Assembly (NCBI GenBank): GCA_963716255.1
Contig: OY970303.1
Span: 3,488,001 to 3,552,000, forward strand
DNA length: 64,000 nt
Reading direction: 5' to 3'
From: an uncultured Gemmatimonadales bacterium
GTDB lineage: Bacteria > Gemmatimonadota > Gemmatimonadetes > Longimicrobiales > Longimicrobiaceae
In this document: positions 29,339 to 39,360 of the stretch, piece after piece
Layout: each line of letters begins with the position of its first letter
How positions within the stretch are numbered: position 1 is the stretch's first letter
Notes under the pieces: generated by a model
What the model was told of the DNA's origin: nothing
What the model saw: only the letters and a program-made list of their open reading frames with translations
Database searches by the model: none
Position numbers and translations under genes: made by a program

Positions 29339-32086
29339 ATGGCGGCGACGGACCCACTCTGGAAGGTGGACGACCAGGCGCGGCGGCTCGCGGAGCTGAC
29401 CGGCGACGACCCGGCGCTCAAGGAGGCGCCGCTGCGGCGGGACGTGCGCTCGCTGGGGATGATCCTGGGCGAGACCATCCGCGAGCAGGAGGGCGACGCG
29501 CTCTTCCGCGCGGTGGAGGAGCTGCGCGCCCTGGCGATCGCGCACCGGGAGGAGGCGGCGGAGGAGGACGACGAGCGCATGCGGCGGGCGGAGCGGATCG
29601 TGTCCGGGATGGGGGTTCGGGAGGCGTACGGGCTGACGCGGGCGTTCTCCACCTACTTCGAGCTCACCAACCTGGCGGAGACGGCGCACCGCCAGCGCCG
29701 CCGCCGCGCCTCGCGGCTGCACGCGGACCGGGCGCCGCAGCCGGGGACCTTCCTGGGGACGCTGCTGAGGCTGCGGGGCGCCGGGGTGGACCGCGCGGCG
29801 GCGCTGGAGCTGCTGGGCCGCGTCCTGGTGGTTCCCGTGTTCACGGCCCACCCCACGGAGGTGTCGCGGCGCACGACGCTCTTCAAGCGGCGGCGGATCG
29901 CGGAGGCGCTGGAGCGGCTGGACGTGCTCCCCCTGCCGGACGCGGAGGCGGCGGAGCAGGAGGCGGCGATCGCGGCGGAGGTGGCGGCGCTCTGGCAGAC
30001 GGACGAGGTGCGCCGCAGCAGCCCCAGGGTGCTGGACGAGGTGAAGATGGGGCTGGACTACTACCCGGGGGTGCTGGTTCCCACCATCCCGGAGCTGTAC
30101 GCGGAGATGGCGGACGCCTTCCGGCGGGTGTACGGCGAGCCGCTTCCGCCGCGCGCGCTGCCCATCGTGGTGAGGTTCGGGTCGTGGATCGGGGGGGACC
30201 GCGACGGCAACCCGTTCGTGACGCCGGAGGTGACGCGCGCGGCGCTCCGCCTGGCGCGCGAGACGCTGCTGGACCGCTACGTGGAGCTGCTGGAGGAACT
30301 GACGGAGCGGCTGAGCGCGTCCACGCACCAGGCCCCGGTTTCGCCGGAGCTGCGGGCGGCGCTGGAGCGCTACGCGGGGACCGTCCCCTCGCTGGACCCG
30401 GCGCCGGAGAGCCGCGCCCCGGCCGAGGTGTACCGCCGCTTCCTGGGCTACGTGGGCTGGCGGGTGCGGGCGGCGCGCGACGGGGCGGATGCCCGGGCGT
30501 ACCCGGACCCGGGGGCGCTCCTGGCGGACCTGCGCCTGGTGCGCGACAGCCTGGCGGCGCACCGCGGGGAGCGGCTGGCGGCGCGGCTGCTGGACCCGCT
30601 GCTGCGGCAGGTGGCAACCTTCGGCTTTCACCTGCACGCGCTGGACGTGCGGCAGCACGCCCGCGTCCACGCGCGCGCGATGGAGGAGCTGTTCGGCGCG
30701 GCGGGGGGCGGGGCGCTCCCCGGGGCGCCCTCGGAAGACACGCTGAAGCTGCTGGACACGCTGCGCGCGGTGGCGGAGGTGAAGCGCGCGTACCCGCCGG
30801 AGGCGGTGCGCACGTACGTGATCAGCGGCGCCACCTCGGCGGAGGACGTGCTGGCGGTGGCGCGGCTGGCGGAGCTGGCGGGGGTGCGGGTGGCGGCGGC
30901 GGAGGGCGACCCGGGGCTGATGCCGGTGCCGCTCTTCGAGTCCATCGAGGACCTGCGCGCCTGCCCGGAGATCTGCCGCGCATTGTGGACGCGGCCGGAC
31001 TACGCGCGGCTGCTGGATTCGTGGGGGCGGCGGCAGGAGGTGATGCTGGGCTACTCCGATTCCAACAAGGACGGGGGGATGCTCACCAGCACCTGGGAGA
31101 TCTTCAAGGCGCACCGGGCGCTTCACGGCGTGGCGCGGGAGTGCGGGGTGACGCTGCGCCTCTTCCACGGTCGCGGCGGCACGGTGGGGCGGGGTGGAGG
31201 GCCCACGCACCGGGCGATCAGCGCGCAGCCCATGGGCGCCTTCGAGGGCGAGCTGAAGATCACGGAGCAGGGCGAGGTGCTGAACTGGAAGTACGCGGAC
31301 CCGGTGCTGGCGGAGCGCAACCTGGAGCTGATGGTGGCGGCGTCGCTGGGAGCGCTGGCGCCGCCGGCGGGCCCCGCGCCGGAGCGGGCGGAGCGCTGGG
31401 AGGCGGCGATGGACGCGATGTCGGCGGACGCGTTCGCCTTCTACCGCGAGCGGATCGCGGAGAACCCGGACGTGCTCCCCTACTTCCAGCAGGCCACGCC
31501 GGTGGGCGAGCTGGAGAACGCGCGCATCGGCTCGCGGCCGGCGCGGCGCGGGGAGAGCCGCGGGCTGGAGGACCTGCGCGCCATCCCCTGGGTGTTCGGG
31601 TGGATGCAGAGCCGCCACGTGCTGCCGGCCTGGTTCGGGGTGGGGTGGGCGATGGAGCGCTTCGCGGGGCGCGGCGAGGCGGAGGCGACCCTGCTGCGGG
31701 AGATGCTGGAGGGCTTCCCCCTGTTCGAGGACCTGGTGCGCAACGTGGAGGTGGGGATGGCGAAGGCGGACCTGCCCATCGCCCGCCGCTACGCGGAGCT
31801 GGTGCCGGACGAGGCGCTTCGCGAGCGGGTCTTCGGGATGGTGGCGGAGGAGTTCGAGCGCACCCGCCGCATGGTGCTGCGCGTCACCGGCCAGGCGGAG
31901 CTGCTGGAGGGGAACCCGGTGCTCGCCCGCTCCATCGTGCTGCGCAACCCCTACGTGGACCCGCTCAGCCTGATCCAGGTGAGCCTGCTGCGCCGCAAGC
32001 GCGCCGGCGAGGCCGGCGACGACCTGGACTACGCCATCGCCGCGACGATCAACGGGATCTCCGCGGGGCTGCGCAACACGGGGTGA
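29339..32086 (+). CDS. ppc: Phosphoenolpyruvate carboxylase
   Basis: VFTAHPTE, GSWIGGDRDGNP, QEVMLGYSDSNKDGG, FHGRGGTVGRGGGP, LRAIPWVFGW, GLRNTG. Confidence 0.98.
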   Translation: MAATDPLWKVDDQARRLAELTGDDPALKEAPLRRDVRSLGMILGETIREQEGDALFRAVEELRALAIAHREEAAEEDDERMRRAERIVSGMGVREAYGLTRAFSTYFELTNLAETAHRQRRRRASRLHADRAPQPGTFLGTLLRLRGAGVDRAAALELLGRVLVVPVFTAHPTEVSRRTTLFKRRRIAEALERLDVLPLPDAEAAEQEAAIAAEVAALWQTDEVRRSSPRVLDEVKMGLDYYPGVLVPTIPELYAEMADAFRRVYGEPLPPRALPIVVRFGSWIGGDRDGNPFVTPEVTRAALRLARETLLDRYVELLEELTERLSASTHQAPVSPELRAALERYAGTVPSLDPAPESRAPAEVYRRFLGYVGWRVRAARDGADARAYPDPGALLADLRLVRDSLAAHRGERLAARLLDPLLRQVATFGFHLHALDVRQHARVHARAMEELFGAAGGGALPGAPSEDTLKLLDTLRAVAEVKRAYPPEAVRTYVISGATSAEDVLAVARLAELAGVRVAAAEGDPGLMPVPLFESIEDLRACPEICRALWTRPDYARLLDSWGRRQEVMLGYSDSNKDGGMLTSTWEIFKAHRALHGVARECGVTLRLFHGRGGTVGRGGGPTHRAISAQPMGAFEGELKITEQGEVLNWKYADPVLAERNLELMVAASLGALAPPAGPAPERAERWEAAMDAMSADAFAFYRERIAENPDVLPYFQQATPVGELENARIGSRPARRGESRGLEDLRAIPWVFGWMQSRHVLPAWFGVGWAMERFAGRGEAEATLLREMLEGFPLFEDLVRNVEVGMAKADLPIARRYAELVPDEALRERVFGMVAEEFERTRRMVLRVTGQAELLEGNPVLARSIVLRNPYVDPLSLIQVSLLRRKRAGEAGDDLDYAIAATINGISAGLRNTG

Positions 32087-32143
32087 GGGACGGCACGAAC
32101 GTGCGGGAGTGCGGGAGATCCGGGTGGGGGGCGCCGCCGCAGG

Positions 32144-32270
32144 CCCCCACCCGGCTCGCTTAGGCTCGCCACCCTCCCCCAATCCTGGGGGAGGGCTTCC
32201 TGTACTGCCGGGTTTTGCCGTTCTCCCCCTCTCCCGCTTGCGGGGGAGGGGGCCGGGGGGAGGGGGCCCC
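32144..32270. repeat. Pair of REP-like palindromes
   Basis: CCCCCACCCGGCTCGC-TTAG-GCTCGCCACCCTCCCCCAATCCTGGGGGAGGG and CCCCCTCTCCCGCTTGCGGGGGAGGGG. Confidence 0.7.
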
Positions 32271-32274
32271 CGTT

Positions 32275-32400
32275 GCGTGAGGGATTCCGGCCCGAAGGGG
32301 CGAGACCCGCGCAGTTTGCGGGGCTCGACTCCGTTGCAAACGGTAGTATCGTTTGCTACGGAGCCGAAGCCCGACCCCGGCGCCAGCCGGGGGCACGCCC
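32275..32400 (+). repeat. Dispersed multi-stem element, copy F
   Basis: Inner stem GCAAACG-GTAGTAT-CGTTTGC. Confidence 0.9.
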
Positions 32401-32426
32401 AACCCCGCCGTTCGAGCAGTTCGATC

Positions 32427-33452
32427 TCACCCCGCCGCCAGGTTCTTGAGCACCCTCACCTGGTAATGGTACGAGTTGATCCCCCCGCCATTGTACCGCC
32501 GCACCGCGTACGGCCAGTCGCAGCCGATCCGTTCGCGGATGGGAACGTTCTGGTACGTGGCGGTTCCGTAGTACTGGGTGGGCGCCCACGTCGTGCTGCT
32601 GCCGCGGAAGACGGGCAGCCCCGGGCTGGTGGTGCGGAAGCCGGCGTCCAGCGCGCAGGTGCGGCAGTCGGTCATGTAGCGCGGGTCGGTCGGGGCATAC
32701 TTGCAGATGCGCAGCGGCCCCCGGCCGATCTCGGCGATGCGGTCGTCGGCGGTGCCGGTGGGGCCATTGACGAAACAGTCGAACTTGTCGCGCAGCAGGT
32801 CGGCGGCGCGCGCCACGTTCCTGCCGGGGTCCAGGATGAGCCCGGTGACCTCCTCGGGGCGCGGCGGGTGGTGGAACAGGGTGTACTGCCCCGCCCCGTA
32901 GCCGCGCGAGGTGATGACGTTGGGATCGCCGGAGTTGGTGTCGGTGCCCACCACCACGAAGTCGTCCTGGTCGCCGCCGGCGGGGACGACGAAGTGCATC
33001 AGCCCGCTCTCCTGCTTGAGGATGGCGACCAGGTACGGGGTGGGGACGCGGGTGGAGGGGAGCGCGGCGATCTGGCCGGCGATCTTCTGGTTGTCCGCCG
33101 CGGGGTTCTTGGAGAAGGGGAGCCCGGGAAAGCCCGGGTCGTCCAGGATGTCGGAGATCACCTCCACCAGCGCCTGGGTGACCCGCCCGTCCACGGCGGA
33201 CACGCGCCCGCGGTTGTAGTCCACCACGCGCACCGGCGCGCTCCCGTCCGATCCCTTGCCCGCGTTGTGGAGCAGGTCGTACTCCAGGGCCATGACGGCC
33301 TTCCTGGTCCCCGACCCGAACGAGCCGTCGATGCCGCGGCGCAGGTAGCCCAGCGAGCGCAGGTCGTGCTGCAGGTCGCACACCTGCTGCCTGGTGCCGG
33401 GCGAGTCGATGGCGAGGACGAGGCCGGGCTGGCGGTAGCTGAGGGCGGGCAT
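32427..33452 (-). CDS. Peptidoglycan-binding domain + lysozyme/SLT-like protein
   Basis: LQHDLRSLGY..IDGSFGSGTRKAV..VDGRV; AILKQESG, GYGAGQYT, AVRRYNGG. Confidence 0.75.
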   Translation of the reverse strand: MPALSYRQPGLVLAIDSPGTRQQVCDLQHDLRSLGYLRRGIDGSFGSGTRKAVMALEYDLLHNAGKGSDGSAPVRVVDYNRGRVSAVDGRVTQALVEVISDILDDPGFPGLPFSKNPAADNQKIAGQIAALPSTRVPTPYLVAILKQESGLMHFVVPAGGDQDDFVVVGTDTNSGDPNVITSRGYGAGQYTLFHHPPRPEEVTGLILDPGRNVARAADLLRDKFDCFVNGPTGTADDRIAEIGRGPLRICKYAPTDPRYMTDCRTCALDAGFRTTSPGLPVFRGSSTTWAPTQYYGTATYQNVPIRERIGCDWPYAVRRYNGGGINSYHYQVRVLKNLAAG

Positions 33453-33603
33453 TGGACGGGTCCTGGGTACGGTCGGGAACGGGGCGCCGGGGAGGACTGC
33501 GCTCCGGCGGGAGGAATGGGTGGGTCGGGAGCGCAATCTAGGAGCGGGCGCGGACGCGCGGAAGAGCGTGATCGCGCGGCGCCGGGGACGGCGGCCCGCG
33601 CCC

Positions 33604-34287
33604 TCAGAACAGGACGCCGGCGCGGAGCTGCAGGGCGCGGCGGGGAACGGCGGGCGCGCCCAGCCCGGGGCTCAGCGTGGAGAGCGAGGCGCCCGCGCCC
33701 GCGACGAAGCGGCCCGCGCGCAGCCCCACGCCCGCCTCCACCCCCACGCCGGCGTCCGCCTCGTCCAGGCCGCGGACGCCCAGGAGCTCGCCGGAGGTGG
33801 TGGACCAGAGGAGCTGCGGCGCGGCGTACGGCGCCAGCGTCCGCCCCGGCCCGGCGGCGAGGGGAAGCTCCACCACCAGCGCCAGCGGGACGGTGAAGCT
33901 GGCGTAGCCGCTCCCGGTGGCCCCGTCCGCGTGGAAGGCGGCCCCCAGCCCGGCGCGCGCGCACACCGCGAGGGCGCGCGCGGGGAGGGGGAGGCGGAGG
34001 GCGAGCGCCCCGGACACGGTGTGCACCTTTGCGTCCTCACCGCCGACACTCCGGAGGAGGTACTCCGCGGAGTAGGCGAGCGGGCCGGCGGGGTCGGCGC
34101 GGAGCGCGGCGCCCAGGTCCAGCGAGGTGAGCCGGCGCCCGGCGTGCAGGGTGGCGACGCCGGCCTGCGCCTGCACGGCGCGGGCGCGCTCGGGGAGCGG
34201 GGCGCCCACGCACCCCTGCGCGCGGAGGGCGGCGGGAGCGGCGAGGGCGAGCATCGCCCCCGCCGCGAAGATGCAACCTGGTCTCAT
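33604..34287 (-). CDS. Hypothetical secreted, outer-membrane beta-barrel-like protein
   Basis: Signal peptide; C-terminal LQLRAGVLF. Confidence 0.65.
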   Translation of the reverse strand: MRPGCIFAAGAMLALAAPAALRAQGCVGAPLPERARAVQAQAGVATLHAGRRLTSLDLGAALRADPAGPLAYSAEYLLRSVGGEDAKVHTVSGALALRLPLPARALAVCARAGLGAAFHADGATGSGYASFTVPLALVVELPLAAGPGRTLAPYAAPQLLWSTTSGELLGVRGLDEADAGVGVEAGVGLRAGRFVAGAGASLSTLSPGLGAPAVPRRALQLRAGVLF

Positions 34288-34388
34288 GGGCCGGCCCGGC
34301 TCGGGTGCGACGGCTTCCCCTGGTCCCCCGCGGGGTTCCTGGATACGTTTCGGCTCCTATCTCCCCGACACAGTCTTTGTTCCCCGTG

Positions 34389-35360
34389 ATGCAGAACACA
34401 CCCGTACGCCCCCTGCGCGGGGTGGACCTCCACGCCCTGGACCGGCTGGTGGACGCCGTGGGGACGGTGTTCCGCGGGCGGCGCGAGACCGTCCGCCTGG
34501 CCGTCGCGGCGCTCCTGGCCGGGGGGCACGTCCTGTTCGAGGACGTCCCCGGCGTGGGCAAGACCACGCTGGCCCGCGCCCTGGCGACGGCGCTGGGGCT
34601 GGACTTCCGCCGCATCCAGTTCACCAGCGACCTGCTCCCCTCGGACGTGCTGGGGGTGTCGGTGTACAACCCGCGCCTGCAGGAGTTCGAGACGCGCCCG
34701 GGCCCGGTGTTCACCCAGGTGCTCCTGGCCGACGAGATCAACCGCGCCCCGCCGCGCACGCAGAGCGGGCTGCTGGAGGCCATGCAGGAGGGCCGCGTCA
34801 CCCTGGACGACCGCACCCGCGAGCTGCCGCGCCCCTTCCTGGTTCTGGCGACGCAGAACCCGCTGGAGCAGCACGGCACCTACCCGCTGCCGGAGAGCCA
34901 GCTGGACCGCTTCCTGATGCGGCTCACCATCGGCTACCCGGAGGCGGCGCGCGAGCGCGAGATCCTGCTGGGCTCCTCCGCGCAGGACCCGGTGGCGGAG
35001 CTGGACCCGGTGATGGGGCCGGGCGAGGTGCTGGACCTGCAGGCGCGCGTGGACGGGGTGCGGGCGGACCCGGCGCTGGTGGACTACCTGATGGAGATCG
35101 TGGCGGCCACGCGCGCGGACGGCCGCCTGCGCGCGGGCGTCAGCACGCGCGGCGCGGTGGCGCTCTTCCGCGCCGCGCGCGGCTACGCGCTGGTGGACGG
35201 CCGCGAGTACCTGGTGCCGGACGACGTGCGCCGCCTGGTGGTCCCCTGCCTGGCGCACCGCGTGCTCCCCGCGGGGCTGTCCTCCGGGGGCGCCGCCGCC
35301 CACGACGAGGCTGCTGCCGTGCTGGAGGAGATCGCCTCCCGCATCTCCGTTCCGGTGTAA
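34389..35360 (+). CDS. moxR: MoxR family AAA+ ATPase
   Basis: DVPGVGKT, RIQFTSDLLPSD, LADEINRA, ATQNP, LPESQLDRF. Confidence 0.95.
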   Translation: MQNTPVRPLRGVDLHALDRLVDAVGTVFRGRRETVRLAVAALLAGGHVLFEDVPGVGKTTLARALATALGLDFRRIQFTSDLLPSDVLGVSVYNPRLQEFETRPGPVFTQVLLADEINRAPPRTQSGLLEAMQEGRVTLDDRTRELPRPFLVLATQNPLEQHGTYPLPESQLDRFLMRLTIGYPEAAREREILLGSSAQDPVAELDPVMGPGEVLDLQARVDGVRADPALVDYLMEIVAATRADGRLRAGVSTRGAVALFRAARGYALVDGREYLVPDDVRRLVVPCLAHRVLPAGLSSGGAAAHDEAAAVLEEIASRISVPV

Positions 35361-35376
35361 CAGAACGGCAGGATTC

Positions 35377-35520
35377 GGGCGTGCCCCCGGCTGGCGCCGG
35401 GGTCGGGCTTCGGCTCCGTAGCAGACGAAACGACCGTCTGCAACGGAGTCGAGCCCGCGCCAGCACCAATGAACTGAGGTGCCGCGCGGTCTCGCCCCTT
35501 CGGGCCGTAATCCCTCACGC
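35377..35520 (-). repeat. Dispersed multi-stem element, copy G (extended P3 stem)
   Basis: Reverse-complement copy inside the moxR-DUF58 operon gap. Confidence 0.9.
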
Positions 35521-35553
35521 AACTGCCTGCTCGTACTCTATATCCAGCCGTTG

Positions 35554-35680
35554 CCCCCTCTCCCAGGATTGGGAGAGGGTGGCGAGCCTCAAGCGAGCCG
35601 GGTGAGGGCCGTTGCAGGCTGTTCCCTGTTCCCTGTTCCTTCCGTTGTCCCGCACTTTCGCACTCCCGCGCTTTCGCGCC
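35554..35680. repeat. REP-like palindrome plus heptamer runs (CTGTTCC)x3 and CGCACTT-like units
   Basis: 35554-35608 palindrome; 35619-35639 CTGTTCC x3; 35651-35679 CGCACTT/TCGCACT-like. Confidence 0.7.
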
Positions 35681-36703
35681 TTCCTTCGCCCGCCCCGCCG
35701 CATCCGCTTCACCCGTCCGGGGTGGACGGTGACGGGCGGGTCGCTGGTGCTGGGGCTGGCGGCCATCGGCACGGGCAACAACCTGCTCTTCCTGCTGCTG
35801 GGGGCGGTGCTGGGGTTCATCGCGCTCAGCGGGTGGATGTCGGAGCAGACGCTGCGCGGCCTGGAGGTGCGGCGGCGCGGGCCGACCGCGGCCACGGCGG
35901 GGGAGCCGGCGCGCGTCGCGTACGAGGTGAGGAACGGCAAGCGGCGGCTCCCCAGCTTCGCGGTGGAGGTGGGCGAGGCGGGATCCGCCGGCCGCGCCTG
36001 GATCCCGGCACTGGCGGCGGGCGAGGGCGCCACGGCGCGGGCGGAGCAGACGTGGGCGCGGCGCGGCGTGTACCCGCTTGCGACGGTGGTGCTGGCCACC
36101 TCGTTCCCCTTCGGGCTCTTCCGCAAGGAGCGCGACGTGGAGCTCCCCGGCGAGGCCGTGGTCCGGCCGCGCACCAACCTGCCGGTGCGCGAGCCGCGGC
36201 CGGCGGGGCGGCGGTCGCTCGCGACCGACCGGGCGCACGCGGGCGCCGTGGGCGGGCGCGGCGACTTCCGCGCGCTGCGCCCCTACCGTCCCGGCGACGA
36301 CCCCCGCGACGTGCACTGGCCCACCACCGCGCGCGTGGGCGAGCCCACCGTGCGCGAGTTCGAGCGCGACCGCTCGCGGGCGCTCTGGCTCTGCCTGGAG
36401 CTGCGCGCGCCGGAGGGCGACGCCGCGGAGGCGGCGGCCGGGACCGTGGCGGCGCTCGCCGCCGCGGCGCTGCGGCGGGGCGAGGTGTTCGCCCTGGCGA
36501 CGGGGGAGGCGCGGGTGCCGCCGGGGGTGGGGCCCGCGCAGCTGGAGCGGGTGCTGGACGCGCTGGCGCGCGCCCGCTTCCGGCCGGACGCGCCGCGCGT
36601 GGCCCCGCCCGCTCCGCCCGCGGAGTGCGTGCTGGTGACCGCCGGTCCCGGCGGCGGGGCCGGGTGGGGCGATGTGTTCCGCGCCGGGGAGGCGGCCCCG
36701 TGA
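35612..36703 (+). CDS. DUF58 domain protein (start uncertain)
   Basis: TGNNLLFLLL, RRGVY, FPFGLF, DFRALRPYRPGDDPRDVHW. Confidence 0.88.
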   Translation: MQAVPCSLFLPLSRTFALPRFRAFLRPPRRIRFTRPGWTVTGGSLVLGLAAIGTGNNLLFLLLGAVLGFIALSGWMSEQTLRGLEVRRRGPTAATAGEPARVAYEVRNGKRRLPSFAVEVGEAGSAGRAWIPALAAGEGATARAEQTWARRGVYPLATVVLATSFPFGLFRKERDVELPGEAVVRPRTNLPVREPRPAGRRSLATDRAHAGAVGGRGDFRALRPYRPGDDPRDVHWPTTARVGEPTVREFERDRSRALWLCLELRAPEGDAAEAAAGTVAALAAAALRRGEVFALATGEARVPPGVGPAQLERVLDALARARFRPDAPRVAPPAPPAECVLVTAGPGGGAGWGDVFRAGEAAP

Positions 36704-38793
36704 GGCTGGCGCTGCTGCACCGGCGCCTCGCCGCCGGCATGGCGCTCGCCGCGCTGGCGGGGTTCACCGCGGGGGCGGGAGTCTCCGCCGTCACCGCCCT
36801 GGCGGGGCTGGCGCTGGTGGTGGCGCTGGGCCGCCTGCCGCCGCCGGAAGCGGGGCCGTGGGTGGAGCGGGCGGTGCGCGCGGGGGCGCTGCTGCTGTGC
36901 GCGCGCATGGGGTACGTGGCCTTCGTCGCCCGCGCCGACTTCATGCCGGACGTGCTGGCGATGCTCCTGTTCCTGCTCGTGGGGGAGTCGCTGCGCCCGC
37001 TCGCCGCCCGCAACGACATGCGGCTGTACGCGCTGTCGCTGGCGCTGATGATCGCCGCCACGGCGTACTCGCCGGGGCTGGGCTTCGCCGCGGCGTTCGT
37101 GGCGTTCGTCGCCCTGGCGACGCTGGCGCTGATGACGGGTCACCTGCGCCGCGAGTCGGAGCGCTTCCGCGTTCCCGCCGTGCGGGTGGGGCGCGGCTTC
37201 CTGGGCGCCACGGCGGCGCTCTCCGGCGTCACCGTGCTGTGCAGCGCGGCGCTCTTCGTGGTGTTCCCGCGGCTGCCGCGCAGCTGGAACGTACAGGGCC
37301 GCCCCGGCGCCGCCGCGGTCATGGCCGGCTTCGGGGACGAGGTGTCGCTGGGGGAGCACGGCACGCGCATCTCCCCCAACCCGGAGGTCGCGTTCCGGGT
37401 GGAGTTCCCCGAGTGGGACGTCCCGGACCCGGCGGAGCTGCGCTGGCGGGGGCGCTCCTTCGATCGCTTCGACGGGGTGCGCTGGTCGCGCACCCCGGGG
37501 CAGGCGTACGTGGCCGGGTCGCCGGACCGCTACGCGGAGCGCTGGGGCGGGCCCCTGCGCAGCTACCGGGTGTACGGCGGCCCGGCGGGGGCGCGGGTGC
37601 TCTTCGGGCTGCACCCGCTGCTGCGCGTGCAGCCGCGCTCCGCCGTCCGCATCCTCCGCGACCCCACGGGCGACGTGCGCTTCTTCGGCTCGGACGCGCC
37701 CTCGTACGACGCGGTGTCGGCCGCGCCGCTCCCCCCGGAGGAGGCGCTGCGCGCCGCCGCGGGAGAGCCGCCCGCCTGGGAGGCGCAGTACCTGCAGCTC
37801 CCGCCCCTCTCCGCGCGCGTCCGCCGCCTCGCGGATTCGCTGGCGGCCGGCGAGCCCACGCGCCTGGACCGGGCCCGCGCCGTGGAGCGCTGGCTGCGCA
37901 CGGAGTTCCGGTACACGCTGGAGCTCCCCCGCGACGCCGAGGAGGCGCGGCTGGAAAGCTTCCTGTTCCGGCGGCGGGCGGGGCACTGCGAGTATTTTTC
38001 CACCGCGATGGTGGTGCTGCTGCGCGCCCAGGGGATCCCCGCGCGCAACGTCACCGGCTTCCTGGGCGGGGAGTGGAATTCGTTCGGCCGCTACCTGGCG
38101 GTGACCGGGAACGACGCGCACTCCTGGGTGGAGGTGTGGTTCCCGGGGCTGGGGTGGGTGCCCTTCGACCCCACGCCGCCGGGGGGCCGGGCGATGGCGA
38201 CGGAGGCGGAGGACGGCTGGGGCCGGCCCGCCTTCCTGTGGCTGGACGGGCTCCAGCACCGCTGGTACAAGTGGGTGATCGGCTACGACATGGACAAGCA
38301 GGTCGCCGTCTTCCGGCGGGTGGGCGACTGGTTTGAGCGCGGGGGCGGGGGCCGGGACATCGCGTGGCGGGGAGGCGGCGGGCCGCGGCTCCCGCCGCGC
38401 GAGGCGCTCCCCTGGGCGGCGGGCGCGGCGGTGCTGGCGTGGCTGCTGGTGCGCGGCGGCCGCCGGCGCCGGCGCGTCCTGGGCGCGGAGTCGCGCGCGT
38501 ACCTGGCACTGCGGCGCGCCTACGCCCGCGCGGGGTACGCGGACGAGGGCGCGGGCGGTCCGCTGGACTTCGCGGCCGGCCTGCGGGCGCGGGAAGCGCC
38601 CGGCGCGGAGGCCGCCGCCCGCGCGGTGGACCTGTACGTGCGTGCCCGCTTCGGCGGGGAGGCCATCGGCGAGGACGGGCGCGCGGCAATGGCCGGCGCC
38701 CTCGCGGAGGCGCGGGCGGCGCTGCGCTCCGCGCGGCGGGCCCTGCCTCGCGGACGGAAGCGGGCGCTCACCTCAACCGGCAGGCGACAGTGA
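36700..38793 (+). CDS. TgpA-like membrane transglutaminase-domain protein (DUF3488 + TGase + DUF4129-like)
   Basis: GTGA overlap; multiple TM segments; GHCEYFSTAM, AHSWVEVW, WVPFDPTP. Confidence 0.9.
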   Translation: MRLALLHRRLAAGMALAALAGFTAGAGVSAVTALAGLALVVALGRLPPPEAGPWVERAVRAGALLLCARMGYVAFVARADFMPDVLAMLLFLLVGESLRPLAARNDMRLYALSLALMIAATAYSPGLGFAAAFVAFVALATLALMTGHLRRESERFRVPAVRVGRGFLGATAALSGVTVLCSAALFVVFPRLPRSWNVQGRPGAAAVMAGFGDEVSLGEHGTRISPNPEVAFRVEFPEWDVPDPAELRWRGRSFDRFDGVRWSRTPGQAYVAGSPDRYAERWGGPLRSYRVYGGPAGARVLFGLHPLLRVQPRSAVRILRDPTGDVRFFGSDAPSYDAVSAAPLPPEEALRAAAGEPPAWEAQYLQLPPLSARVRRLADSLAAGEPTRLDRARAVERWLRTEFRYTLELPRDAEEARLESFLFRRRAGHCEYFSTAMVVLLRAQGIPARNVTGFLGGEWNSFGRYLAVTGNDAHSWVEVWFPGLGWVPFDPTPPGGRAMATEAEDGWGRPAFLWLDGLQHRWYKWVIGYDMDKQVAVFRRVGDWFERGGGGRDIAWRGGGGPRLPPREALPWAAGAAVLAWLLVRGGRRRRRVLGAESRAYLALRRAYARAGYADEGAGGPLDFAAGLRAREAPGAEAAARAVDLYVRARFGGEAIGEDGRAAMAGALAEARAALRSARRALPRGRKRALTSTGRRQ

Positions 38794-39287
38794 CGGTTCG
38801 ACTCCACGACCGGCGCCGGCGCTCCAAGCGGCGCAAGCAGCTCTGGCGCCACTTGCGCGCCGCCATGCGCCTGGTGCTCAGGCACCCGGTCCCCAGCGTC
38901 TCGGTCATCCCGCTCACGGCGGACGGGCGGATCGTGCTGGTGCGCCGGGTGGACAACGACCTGTGGGCGATCCCCGGCGGGATCATGGACTGGGGCGAGG
39001 ACGTGACGGAGACCGCCGAGCGGGAGTTCGAGGAGGAGACGGGGATGCGGCTGGTCGCCATCCGCCGGCTGCTGGGCGTGTACTCCTCGCCGGAGCGCGA
39101 CCCGCGGGCGCACGCCGTCAACATCACCGTGGTGGCGGAGGTGGAGGGCGAGCCGGAGGTGCAGGACCCGCTGGAGGTCAGCGACATCCAGCTGTTCGAG
39201 GTGGAGCGGCTGCCGTTCGGCTACTTCGCCCACGATCACGAGCGGCAGCTGCGCGACTACCTGGCGGAGCGCACGGTGGTGGCGTGA
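38790..39287 (+). CDS. NUDIX hydrolase
   Basis: PGGIMDWGEDVTETAEREFEEETG Nudix box; YSSPERDPR. Confidence 0.92.
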   Translation: MTVRLHDRRRRSKRRKQLWRHLRAAMRLVLRHPVPSVSVIPLTADGRIVLVRRVDNDLWAIPGGIMDWGEDVTETAEREFEEETGMRLVAIRRLLGVYSSPERDPRAHAVNITVVAEVEGEPEVQDPLEVSDIQLFEVERLPFGYFAHDHERQLRDYLAERTVVA

Positions 39288-39360
39288 GCGGAACACGGGA
39301 GAGGGGCGAACATGTAAGCCGGAGGCAAGAACGTTCGGAAACGAACCATGGAAGAAGGAG

